DNA of 64,000 bases from Nitrospirota bacterium (lineage in GTDB: Bacteria > Nitrospirota > Nitrospiria > Nitrospirales > Nitrospiraceae), in the NCBI GenBank assembly GCA_963701855.1, contig CAVPBK010000006.1, positions 1,344,001 to 1,408,000 on the forward strand, read 5' to 3'. The translations under genes and the position numbers were made by a program. The notes under the pieces are model-generated. The model saw only the letters and a list, made by a program, of their open reading frames with translations, did not search any database and had not been told where the DNA came from. Shown here piece by piece: positions 9,017 through 18,158 of this stretch; positions within the stretch are counted from its first letter, which is position 1; the number at the start of each line of letters is the position of its first letter.

Positions 9017-10282
9017 CTATGAATAGAGTGTGTGCACGATTTCTGTCGTGTTGAACAGCATCGCATTCAGGCGGGTGTAGGCCGCGTGGCCGTAGTAGTG
9101 GTCGCGCACATTGGTTGATCCGGTGGAGTCTTTGTAGTCGGTGAGAATCCCCAGCCCCTCACTCGGGATACGGACGGCGCGGCGGGCACATTCCAGCCAA
9201 CGCTCGAATCCGTCGTAGGGCTCGAACAGCTCCCACACTGCTTTGTTCGCCGCTTTGGCCGCCTCGGTCGTCGGCATCGCGTCGCTCCCTGCGACTGCGA
9301 GTTCTTGCACGTAGTCGCCACCCCACGCAATTGGCATCTCCATCGTGATCTGGGGTAATTCCATTTTCGAGAGCCATGTCTTGCCGTCGGTCCGCATATT
9401 GCGGTGGTTGACGATGTGCAAGAGCTTACCGATTCCCGACAGGTCCCATCCATATCGCACCGCCGTCCCGTATGTGACGATATCCAGCGTCGCTCCATTG
9501 AGGAGGGCGCCATTCGACAGCAGCGGAGCGAGACGCTGGATCGTCAAGACGATGTCTGGTCGATTGATCTGTGAGGCAAAAGCCGACAAGAGGTCGAGCA
9601 GCCGTTTCCTGCTACTATTCGCGTTTACACATAAGAGGTTCGAGACGAGGGCGAGGACTAACCCGGCCTGCCCATGCGCTTGCACGAGGATTCGATCTCC
9701 TTGGCCCAGCTTGTAGGCCTCGACCCAGTCGCGAAGCCGACCGAGCATCAAGACAGCCGCCATGGCACGACCTAGATGATGGTGTTCACAGGACCAGAGA
9801 TCGCGGATGCAGTGGATCGGACGATCCAGGCCTTGGTTGAGCGACTGTTTCATTAGTTCCATATAGGCGTTTGTGAAATTGCCGGCATCCCCGATCTGTT
9901 CATCAAGCAATCTCTTGGTGGCGTCATCATTTTCGAGGGGTGTCTTCAACCCACCGAGAAGCGGTGAAATGCCGTTACTGCTTTCACGCATCAGGGCCAA
10001 TAAAGCATCGAGGCCTGCCACGCCGCGCGAGTAGCCACGTTTGAGACCACCCAGCTCATCCAATCGTTGCACTCCAAAGACGTCGGTCCCCATGATGGAG
10101 CCGTGCAGCAAGACGATCACGCGGACACCGGTTTGTGCGAGGCGCTTGCCGAGGGCAGCCATGGTGTCCTGTCCGGCGGGTGATTCCGATAGGTCAGTCA
10201 GGGTGACCTCCCGAATGGCGAGGCGCTCGCCGGGATTCTTTCGTGACAACTCGTCATGTTGAAAACTATTTTCGATTGGCAT
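9017..10282 (-). CDS. Hypothetical protein, alpha/beta-hydrolase-like
   Basis: 421-aa ORF; VLLHGS, LVQAHGQAGLV elbow-like motif, DIVTYGT, C-terminal GHAAY. Confidence 0.6.
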   Translation of the reverse strand: MPIENSFQHDELSRKNPGERLAIREVTLTDLSESPAGQDTMAALGKRLAQTGVRVIVLLHGSIMGTDVFGVQRLDELGGLKRGYSRGVAGLDALLALMRESSNGISPLLGGLKTPLENDDATKRLLDEQIGDAGNFTNAYMELMKQSLNQGLDRPIHCIRDLWSCEHHHLGRAMAAVLMLGRLRDWVEAYKLGQGDRILVQAHGQAGLVLALVSNLLCVNANSSRKRLLDLLSAFASQINRPDIVLTIQRLAPLLSNGALLNGATLDIVTYGTAVRYGWDLSGIGKLLHIVNHRNMRTDGKTWLSKMELPQITMEMPIAWGGDYVQELAVAGSDAMPTTEAAKAANKAVWELFEPYDGFERWLECARRAVRIPSEGLGILTDYKDSTGSTNVRDHYYGHAAYTRLNAMLFNTTEIVHTLYS

Positions 10283-10330
10283 GGGAAGGTTACATACCCG
10301 ATGTAGGTGACGGACTGCAACGGAAGATCG

Positions 10331-10620
10331 GCAGGATGCTGAAAAAGCCCGCCAGCATCGTTCTCGCTTCGCTCAGAGGCTCAACGTACCGAATGAGACG
10401 CCGGAGGTCGGAAGCACTAGCGGGGCTTATCCATTCGCCAAGATCCATCGCAAGGGCGAACGGCCCACACGAAGTGCGGTTTGTACCTCCTCGCCTCTTC
10501 GCTCGCTGCGGCCTTGCTGGACGGCCTTTTTGAGCATCCTGCGAGGACTCCTTTTCTTGTCCCAGACTCGTAGGCCATCGAGGCTTTGCGATGCCGAAAT
10601 GGTTTTTCCGTAGCCTGTTA
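10331..10620 (+). mobile_element. Family 1 MITE-like element, copy B
   Basis: GCAGGATGCTGAAAAAG...CTTTTTGAGCATCCTGC (10331-10542), 60 nt, then TTTTTCCGTAGCCTGTTA; ~190 nt nearly identical to the copy at 15563. Confidence 0.85.
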
Positions 10621-10633
10621 TAGGGAAGACTGT

Positions 10634-11200
10634 TTATCGAATGGCTGTCGGGGTGGATTCTTGGTGTTCGGGTGCTGGTTTGGGCTGGATCTGGCTTTTG
10701 GGCATGATGGCGGTGGCGGTGCAGATCTTATTCTCTTCGTCGATTTGGCGATCTACGATCTTCACGCCCTGAAGATATTCCTGGACGATTTCTTCCCTGG
10801 TGAGTTCGATGTCCTGTTCCGTCTCTCGGCCTGTCCTCTCGCGAACTCGGTCGACCGTGTGCTCTTTCACCAGAATACGGATCTGTTTGGCCAAGTCGGT
10901 GCGGGCAGAGAGTTCCGACACCCGCCGGCAGATGATTGGGCCTTTCGCCATGTCCCCCTGGCCCTTGCCAATCAAGTAGAGATCGTTTGAATAGTTGTTG
11001 CGATCTTCAACCTTGTGGCGCAACCCGGACGGCACGCTCGAAGAGTTTTGTTGTCCTGTTTGCTGCTTGAGTCGATCGAAGGATTGTTCAGCGTGGCTGC
11101 GAGCATCGCCTGAGTCCGCAGCAAACGCATACAGCGGCAACAAGACCGAACAGCCGGCGGCGATCAACGCAACAATCAATCGACTGCCTCTGTTCCTCAT
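10634..11200 (-). CDS. Exported LPP20-like protein
   Basis: Signal peptide (AFA|AD); YLIGKG...ARTDLAKQI...LQGVKIVDR pattern. Confidence 0.6.
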   Translation of the reverse strand: MRNRGSRLIVALIAAGCSVLLPLYAFAADSGDARSHAEQSFDRLKQQTGQQNSSSVPSGLRHKVEDRNNYSNDLYLIGKGQGDMAKGPIICRRVSELSARTDLAKQIRILVKEHTVDRVRERTGRETEQDIELTREEIVQEYLQGVKIVDRQIDEENKICTATAIMPKSQIQPKPAPEHQESTPTAIR

Positions 11201-11203
11201 TCG

Positions 11204-12514
11204 CTACCTCCCTTGTCCTCTGCCCCCACCATCCCCTCCTCCGTGGCCTGCACTGTTGTGTCCTCCGCCACCAAATCCCCTTGGTGCAATCTGATGGGGC
11301 ACGTGTGGAACATGATGGAGGGTCGGCGGATGGACCTGATGCATCGTCGGGGGTAATTGTCTTGTCGCAGGTGGTGTGCCCGCCCCTGCCTGCGAGGGCT
11401 GTAAAAACTGCTGAAGCGTTTGACCTGACCGAGAGCCGTGAACCGGAGTCTGTTGCGAGCCGTGCGGAACAGCGCTCGGTGGCGGCAAGAAGGGGTTCAA
11501 CTGGCGGACATCGGTCAATGTTCTCGACCCCGTTGAGGGCGGCATATGATGTATCTCGCCTGGTTGATTGCCGATGTGCGGTGGTGCCGTCGGTGTGCTG
11601 TGCGTGATCTCATTCAACGTTCGTGGAACAGTCTGCGATCCCGGTGCCGGCATGATCAGATGGCGCGGCATGGTCGGTTGCCTCGTCCCCGGTGCAGGGG
11701 GAACGGGCGGTTGTGGCGGTGACGGCGGCTGTCTTGAGGTAATCACTTGTTGCGCCACATGGACATGCTGGCTTGTGGGATATAAGCCCTGTGCGACGTT
11801 CAGGAGAGCCTGGAGACGGTACAACCCCACCAAGGAAGAAGAGGAATAACCAGCCGGCGAGACGAGCACCCAATCCGTCCAGACTTGCGAGACCATGGCG
11901 TTCGATTGCACCCGATTCAAGATATCTTGGCGTTGTTGGGTCGCCTGCTGTGTTTGCTCGGCGGTCGAAGCTTGCGCCAAGGCCTGATTCGCTGCATCGA
12001 GATCCTGTTGTAGTTGATCATTTTCCTGTTGCAGTGAAACGAGTTGATGCCTGGCGTCCTCGTTCTCCCGCAAGGCCGCGATGGCCTGTCGCACTTCTTC
12101 CGTATCGATCTGGGCCACTAGATCTGTGCGGACAACAATGCTATCTCCATTGAGCGTCGTGTCGGTCTTTTGCTCCAGGACAAGGACCAAGCCAGCGGTA
12201 TAGGTCCGGATTTCGTCTTTCGTTACATCCATGCCATCCACAATTGTGATGCTTTCGAGGTAGATGGCGACCTGCTCCAGGGCATTTCGTTTGGCTGCTT
12301 CGGTGGCCAGACGGATGGCGTCTACTCTGGTGTCACGGTCTCCCATCCGATATTCACCCTGAGCGGTCACGACTCGGACCTCTGCCAGTGTTACTGTGGG
12401 CCACAAAGACAGGATGACGAACAGCGCAAGGTGGCGCAGGCTCGGCGATGGGATGAGCTGGAATACCAGTTGAGTGATCGTTTGCGGAGGAGAAATCTGT
12501 GGCATCGCCAACAC
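11204..12514 (-). CDS. Exported protein with LPP20/FlgT-N-like domain, coiled coil and Pro/His/Gly-rich tail
   Basis: Signal-like segment, then VTAQGEYRMGD...AKRNALEQ; Gln-rich heptads; low-complexity C terminus. Start may be 12505. Confidence 0.65.
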   Translation of the reverse strand: MLAMPQISPPQTITQLVFQLIPSPSLRHLALFVILSLWPTVTLAEVRVVTAQGEYRMGDRDTRVDAIRLATEAAKRNALEQVAIYLESITIVDGMDVTKDEIRTYTAGLVLVLEQKTDTTLNGDSIVVRTDLVAQIDTEEVRQAIAALRENEDARHQLVSLQQENDQLQQDLDAANQALAQASTAEQTQQATQQRQDILNRVQSNAMVSQVWTDWVLVSPAGYSSSSLVGLYRLQALLNVAQGLYPTSQHVHVAQQVITSRQPPSPPQPPVPPAPGTRQPTMPRHLIMPAPGSQTVPRTLNEITHSTPTAPPHIGNQPGEIHHMPPSTGSRTLTDVRQLNPFLPPPSAVPHGSQQTPVHGSRSGQTLQQFLQPSQAGAGTPPATRQLPPTMHQVHPPTLHHVPHVPHQIAPRGFGGGGHNSAGHGGGDGGGRGQGR

Positions 12515-12722
12515 TCTCTATATAGGACAACCGTGCCAGGGGCCAATTCGCCGGCCCCCACGGAGTTACGAATAAGCATAACACCGCATCGACTGTTGTG
12601 CCAGGAAACGTCACGCCCGCATGAATTCTAATTGATCGTGCGAGCGAGGCCTTGCCTCGCTTGCCTTGGCGGAAAACGCCATGATAGCGTAGACGTCCCC
12701 TTGGAATAGAAAGAACTGATCT

Positions 12723-13742
12723 GTGCAGATGTTAATGAGCCTTGATCGTGGGTGGTCGGTTCGGATACTGGCCGTATCTCTTTTCGCTCTCTGTCTGGTC
12801 CTTCCGAGAGACGCGGCGGTTGCCGCTGTATCGGTGCCGGCTCCCGCCTCAATGGCTCAGACCGAGCACGTTATTCTCTTTGTCCTCGAAGGATTCGGCC
12901 AAGACTCCCTGAAAGGCGGCACGATGCCGACCCTCAGCCGGTTGATCAAGGAAGGGGCGGTTACCTGGTCTGCCACGGCGGTGAAGCCTGCGTTACGGCT
13001 GCCGACCATGGCGTCATTGATTACGGGCATGCCGGTCGAGAAACACGGCATTACCTGGAACACCTTTGAGTTTAGCCGAGGTTATCCACGCGCTCCGAGC
13101 GTGTTCGACTATCTCGATCTCAGCGGGGGGCGGGACAGCGCGATTTTTCTCATGGATGAGTCGCTGTATCAGTTGGCGCGACCCGAGCCCTATACGGATT
13201 ATCAGATGTGCGGGCCACTGAAGCCTGAATGTAGTACGGATCGAATCGTGTCCTACATCCGTCAATACTTCAAGAAAGCGACCAGCGGCCATGGCTACGG
13301 GCATGCCATTCTTTCGCTGCCGCACTTCCTGGTCGTGCATCTTCCTGAGGCGGGTCGAGTAGGCGTGTCTAAGGGCTGGACTTCGAAGGAGTACCGTGAC
13401 GCGCTTCGCACAGTGGATAAGGCCATGCGCTCCGTGTTGGATATCTATCAAGAGGAGGGTCTGATCAAGCGGACAACCCTGTTCGTGACATCGCTTAGCG
13501 CCGAAGGCAGGGATGCAAACCAAGAACAGGCTGACGTGGACGTTCCGATGGTGCCATGGATTGCCTCGGGAGTGGGGATTAAACCTGGCCACGCGATTCA
13601 CCAGCCGGTTTCTATTATAGATACCGGCGCGACGGTGATGCGGACGTTGGGGTTGCAGACCCATACTGAATGGGAGAGTCGTGCCGTGGAAGAAATCTTT
13701 CAGGCTGCCTTTACCGCGGCCCCACGGGGATCTTCGGAGTAG
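12723..13742 (+). CDS. Exported alkaline phosphatase/nucleotide pyrophosphatase-fold protein, catalytic residues degenerate
   Basis: HVILFVLEG, MPTLSRLIKEG, SLITG.P.KHGI, VPWI.SG.GIK, IIDTGAT. Start may be 12735. Confidence 0.8.
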   Translation: MQMLMSLDRGWSVRILAVSLFALCLVLPRDAAVAAVSVPAPASMAQTEHVILFVLEGFGQDSLKGGTMPTLSRLIKEGAVTWSATAVKPALRLPTMASLITGMPVEKHGITWNTFEFSRGYPRAPSVFDYLDLSGGRDSAIFLMDESLYQLARPEPYTDYQMCGPLKPECSTDRIVSYIRQYFKKATSGHGYGHAILSLPHFLVVHLPEAGRVGVSKGWTSKEYRDALRTVDKAMRSVLDIYQEEGLIKRTTLFVTSLSAEGRDANQEQADVDVPMVPWIASGVGIKPGHAIHQPVSIIDTGATVMRTLGLQTHTEWESRAVEEIFQAAFTAAPRGSSE

Positions 13743-13749
13743 GTCAGCG

Positions 13750-14184
13750 ATGCAGAATGTGAAATGGTGCATAGGTTGCTGTCTACTCGGAGGGTTACTG
13801 GGCTCCGCAACGGTCATCCAGCTAGCCGCAGCCGGTCAGCCGGCTGCCTATACAAGGGAACATGCGATCACGATTGATGCGACCACCATTACTCCTCAGT
13901 CCTGGTGGCAGGTGCCCGGCGTCACCCCGTCGATTTATGCCTCGGATCCTGAGTCTCTGGATGCCTATAAGACGACCGAGTCTCGTGCCCTTAAACTGAA
14001 GCCGGGAAAATATAAATTTGTGAGCTTCACGTACGATTTTCCGTTCGCGGTGAATTTAGAGGGGAAGCTGGAGTTTGACAAGTCGCTCGACCAATGCGTG
14101 GAGGGACGAGGGACCCAGACCTTAACTGTCCGCTGCAGCCGGACCTATCCGTATAGCGGCCAGCGCGATTACCAGTATCAGTAG
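13750..14184 (+). CDS. Exported hypothetical protein
   Basis: ATG 7 nt after the upstream stop; signal-like N terminus; beta-rich, with two C-terminal Cys. Confidence 0.7.
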   Translation: MQNVKWCIGCCLLGGLLGSATVIQLAAAGQPAAYTREHAITIDATTITPQSWWQVPGVTPSIYASDPESLDAYKTTESRALKLKPGKYKFVSFTYDFPFAVNLEGKLEFDKSLDQCVEGRGTQTLTVRCSRTYPYSGQRDYQYQ

Positions 14185-14197
14185 AGGAGCGGTACCA

Positions 14198-15562
14198 ATG
14201 GCCCAGGCGCTTGACGATCTCTTAGAAGCACTCGAGGATGTCGACGACGCGACCCGCGAGGAGGCGTCCAAAGCTCTTGCCGAACTTGCTGACCCCATCA
14301 CATTGGACGCGCTTGTCGGCGCCTGCGGAGATGAGTATTGGACTGTACGCGCCCATGCAGGCTGGGGCGTGGCTAGGATCGGCGGGGCCAAGGCGGTAGA
14401 AGCGCTCATTGTCCTATTTAACGATTCCATCATGGATGTGCGAAACGATGCCGTGGCGGCCATGGCCTCGATGGGAACCGCGGTCGTCGACCGCTTGATT
14501 GTGGCATTGAAGGATGAGCGGTGGCGTGTTCGCGAACATGCCGCGAAAACCTGTGGTGAAATAAAGGACCGGAAAGCTGTCGAGGCCCTCATGTTCGTTT
14601 GTCGAGATCGTGACGGCGCCGTGAAGAGTGCAGTGGCAGAGGCGTTGGGCAAGATCGGCGATCCGAGAGCGATCCCGGCTCTGAGTAAACTCTTCCGCGA
14701 TCCTTCGAAAACGGTGCGAGAGACAGCCGGAACCGCACTCATCTCTATCGGTCAGCCTTCCGTCGATCCGCTGATCGAATGTCTCAAGGATAAAGATTTT
14801 GTGGTCCGGTGCCATGCCGCACGCGCACTCGGTGGCATGACGACCGACTATCAAATCGGCAGAACCTGGGTGCGGGACGCGAAGGTTGTCGATGTTCTGA
14901 TTGTCGCGCTGAAAGATCCGGATCGTGCCGTGCGCGAAGATGCTACGATTGCTCTGGGCCAGATCGGAGATCCACGGGCCATCGATGCCTTGATCGAGGC
15001 GATGAAGGATGGCGTGGTGAAGCGGCATGCCATTGCGTCGCTCGGCATGATCGGCGATCCTCGCGCCTTGCCTCCGGTGCTGGACGCATTGAAGGGCAAG
15101 GGTATTCGACAGGATGGGACTCCGACGCCCGGCTGTATCGTCAGCGAAGACGCCTTTATCAAGGAAGCGGCGGCGACGGCGCTCGGCCAATTCCGCGACC
15201 CGCGTGTCATTCCCGACTTGATCATGCTGTTGAAGGACGGTGTATTGCGCGAGAAGGCCAGTGCCGCCTTGGCCACCATCGGCGATACGGCGATCGAGCC
15301 ATTGATCGCCTTTCTCTATGATCCGAAAGCGTCCGAAGTCGTCGCGGAGGGGGAGCGGGTGCTCTCCTATGCGTCGGTCCGGCTCACGGCGAAAGATGCC
15401 TTGCGGCAATTGGCGCTTGAAACGCTTGAAAAGCTGGGGTGGATGCCTGCGCCGGAAGATATCACCGTCAATTCAAGCGTGGCCGACAATGCCAGAGTGG
15501 ACATGCCTCTTGGCGACACAGGCCGATTCGGTCCTTCGGGAGATTTCGCCAAAAGAGGATAA
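14198..15562 (+). CDS. HEAT (PBS-lyase-like) repeat protein 1
   Basis: Many LxDxDxxVRxxAAxALGxIGDPRA repeats; GAGGAG RBS. Confidence 0.92.
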   Translation: MAQALDDLLEALEDVDDATREEASKALAELADPITLDALVGACGDEYWTVRAHAGWGVARIGGAKAVEALIVLFNDSIMDVRNDAVAAMASMGTAVVDRLIVALKDERWRVREHAAKTCGEIKDRKAVEALMFVCRDRDGAVKSAVAEALGKIGDPRAIPALSKLFRDPSKTVRETAGTALISIGQPSVDPLIECLKDKDFVVRCHAARALGGMTTDYQIGRTWVRDAKVVDVLIVALKDPDRAVREDATIALGQIGDPRAIDALIEAMKDGVVKRHAIASLGMIGDPRALPPVLDALKGKGIRQDGTPTPGCIVSEDAFIKEAAATALGQFRDPRVIPDLIMLLKDGVLREKASAALATIGDTAIEPLIAFLYDPKASEVVAEGERVLSYASVRLTAKDALRQLALETLEKLGWMPAPEDITVNSSVADNARVDMPLGDTGRFGPSGDFAKRG

Positions 15563-15818
15563 CAGGATGCTGAAAAAGACCGCCAGCATCGTTCTCGCAT
15601 CCCTCAGAAGCTCAACGTACCGAATGAGACGCCGGAGGTCGGAAGCACTAGCGGGGCTGATCCATTCGCCAAGATCCATCGCAAGGGCGAACGGCCCACA
15701 CGAAGTGCGGTTTGTACCTCCTCACCTCTTCGCTCGCTGCGGCCTTGCTTGGGGCAAGGCGCATCTCGGCGTGCCAGGGTTGGGCGGGTTGAGGGGTCTG
15801 GCATTTTTTAGCATCCTG
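15563..15818 (+). mobile_element. Family 1 MITE-like element, copy C
   Basis: Starts directly after a TAA stop: CAGGATGCTGAAAAAG...TTTTTAGCATCCTG; near-identical to copy B plus an extra ~50-nt insert. Confidence 0.85.
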
Positions 15819-15898
15819 CTGACAGTTCAGACACTGTCATTTAAGAGGGACGTCCATTGATCCGTGAGACGTGAAACATTCTTGGGATTGAGGTTTGC

Positions 15899-16981
15899 AT
15901 GGCCGACGCAGTAGCCGAACAGATTGCTGCGCTCAAAGACAAGGATTGGGCGATTCGCGAAGAGGCTGCCATGATGCTTGGCACACTTCGGGATCCGAGG
16001 GCTGTGGCGCCGTTGGTTTCCGTGCTTCATGACGGCGATCGCGCGGTTCGCGATGCAGCGATCAGTGCGCTCTTGGCCATCGGGGAGCCGGCCATGACGA
16101 CGTTGGGCGCCTGTCTCTCGGATCCAGTGCTCACGGTTCAGGAATTGGCCTCGTCGGTGTTGGCCACCATTGCGGATGCGCGTGTGCTCGCGCCACTCGT
16201 CAAGGCGCTCGCGAGCCCCGATTGGATTGTGCGGATGCATGCCGCTAAGGCAATAGGCCGGATTCAAGACCCTGGAGCGGTGGCGCCATTGGTGCCATTG
16301 CTGCAAGACAAAGTGAAGGCCGTGCGCGAGGAGACGTCGACAGCCCTCGCGGCTATCGGGGAGGCGGCCTTGCCCTCGCTGCTCGCCGCGCTGACCCATA
16401 CTGAATGGCTGGTGCGGCTGCATGCGGTAGAGGCCTTGGGAAAAACGCGGTCGCCGGAGGCGGTGAATCCGCTCTTGTCAGTGCTCTTCAACGATCCTGA
16501 CAGGGCGGTTCGTGAAGATGCCGTCCGTGCGCTCGGCCAGATTGGTGATGCGCGCGCAGTGGAGTTTCTTGTGACGGTGATGAAAGAGCCGGGGCTGCGG
16601 CCGCTAGTGGTTGAGGCGCTGGGCCGGATCGGCGATCGCAGTGCCGTGCCGATGCTGATCAACGTGCTCAAGGGCATGGAGCGGCCGGAGGTCTCGCAGC
16701 CGCTCGATGGCTGCGGCGATCGTTGGGATGAAGAAATAGTGACGTTGAGCGTGGCAGCTAGAGCATTGGGCGCGATCCGAGACGAGGCGGCCATCCCGTC
16801 GCTCATGAAGGCGCTCCATTATACGGTGACGCGCGTGGACGCTGCCGAGGCGCTGACTCGATTCGGCAGCACCGTGATTGTGCCGTTGCTGGCACTACTG
16901 GCACGCGAGTCGGATGACAACATCCGGTACCATATCAAGGAGACGTTGGGCAGGGTGGGCTGGCGGGCGGGGCGTATCTAA
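15899..16981 (+). CDS. HEAT repeat protein 2
   Basis: Repeats such as LKDKDWAIREEAA and DPDRAVREDAVRALGQIGDARA. Confidence 0.92.
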   Translation: MADAVAEQIAALKDKDWAIREEAAMMLGTLRDPRAVAPLVSVLHDGDRAVRDAAISALLAIGEPAMTTLGACLSDPVLTVQELASSVLATIADARVLAPLVKALASPDWIVRMHAAKAIGRIQDPGAVAPLVPLLQDKVKAVREETSTALAAIGEAALPSLLAALTHTEWLVRLHAVEALGKTRSPEAVNPLLSVLFNDPDRAVREDAVRALGQIGDARAVEFLVTVMKEPGLRPLVVEALGRIGDRSAVPMLINVLKGMERPEVSQPLDGCGDRWDEEIVTLSVAARALGAIRDEAAIPSLMKALHYTVTRVDAAEALTRFGSTVIVPLLALLARESDDNIRYHIKETLGRVGWRAGRI

Positions 16982-17057
16982 CAGGCCAATGCTCAATGCT
17001 GAATATACAATTTTGAAATTATGACTCGGTGCTCACGGTGTTTTTGGTCATAGCGAC

Positions 17058-18158
17058 ATGCCAAAAGAAACGATCGAAACGCTGATTTCTGAGCTGGTCC
17101 ATGAAGAAGACTGGCGACGAATGCGGGCGACCGCAGCCTGTTTGTCGGGCGGGCCTCGCGCGGTGCAGGCGTTGGTGCAAGCGTTAGAGAAAGGATCGCC
17201 GGCGTTGAAAGCTGAGGCTGCGGCTATGTTGGCGCGTGTGAACGATCCTCAGGCCGGCGTGCCGCTAGTCGGCTTACTCCGCGACGACGATGAGGCCGTC
17301 CGCAAGGCCGGCGCGTCAGCCTTGGAACACATGGCGGGGGTGCTGGAGGAGACGACCGCGGCGGCGCTGGCCTCGCTGCTCTATGAATCGAAGGATGAGG
17401 GGATTCGTGTGGCGGCCTCGCAGTTGTTAGGGGTCATTCCGAATGCGATCGCGCCGCTCTGCGAGATGTTGACACATCAGGACCCGGAAGCACAGATCAT
17501 GGCTGCGACGATGCTGGAGCATTTGCTTGACCCCCGTTCGTCGGATTCGTTTATCAATGCGATGGGGCAGCCGGCTGTTCGCGATATTGCTGTGCGGACG
17601 CTCAAAAAGTTGAGCGCGATTCGTGAACGCATTGACGAGGTGTTCGACGAGCTTCGTGCGATCGAGGAGTTGAGCGAACGGGAAGAGGCTCGTATGAGTA
17701 CTGTGATCAATCTTCTGGCCATCGGGCGTCCGAGCGTGGAGATTTTGATCGAGTATCTGGACGATGACGATTGGCTGGTCCGTGAAGCCGCCGCCGATTT
17801 GCTGGGGAAGATCGGCGATGTCCGCGCGGTTGAGCCCTTGATGCAACGGTTGCGGGTCGATAAAGATACGGGCGTGAAGGAGCTGGCGATGAAATCATTG
17901 GGTTTGATCGGCGATGCCAGGCCGGCCCAACTCTATATCGAGGCCATTCCCATTCGACCCTTGAGGGTCTATGCCATGGAAGCTTTGGCCAAAGTGAAAG
18001 ATGTGGACGTGTTGCGGCCGTACAAAGAACTTTTCGATCGGTTGAGAACGGACCGTGACGGCCTGGTCGCGTACAACTCCGGGTTGATCGCCGACAAACT
18101 GGAGGCGCTCGATGGGACGCCTGTCGGGAGTCAGGGAGGGCAGGACGACGATGAGTGA
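17058..18158 (+). CDS. HEAT repeat protein 3
   Basis: LDDDDWLVREAAADLLGKIGDVRA and similar repeats. Confidence 0.9.
   Translation: MPKETIETLISELVHEEDWRRMRATAACLSGGPRAVQALVQALEKGSPALKAEAAAMLARVNDPQAGVPLVGLLRDDDEAVRKAGASALEHMAGVLEETTAAALASLLYESKDEGIRVAASQLLGVIPNAIAPLCEMLTHQDPEAQIMAATMLEHLLDPRSSDSFINAMGQPAVRDIAVRTLKKLSAIRERIDEVFDELRAIEELSEREEARMSTVINLLAIGRPSVEILIEYLDDDDWLVREAAADLLGKIGDVRAVEPLMQRLRVDKDTGVKELAMKSLGLIGDARPAQLYIEAIPIRPLRVYAMEALAKVKDVDVLRPYKELFDRLRTDRDGLVAYNSGLIADKLEALDGTPVGSQGGQDDDE

Noticed and set aside
10243..10533. Short ORFs MLKK(P/T)ASIVLASLR... at 10.3 and 15.6 kb as duplicated genes
   Set aside because: They are translations of the repeat element, and the frame is not kept in copies A, D and E.
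6143..10620. Gene-plus-palindrome arrangement as an integron cassette array
   Set aside because: No RYYYAAC...GTTRRRY attC ends, no integrase, mixed gene orientation, and the same elements follow core genes elsewhere.
16979..17010. TAACAGGCC after the HEAT 2 stop as another family 1 copy
   Set aside because: Only ~8 nt match and there is no partner end.
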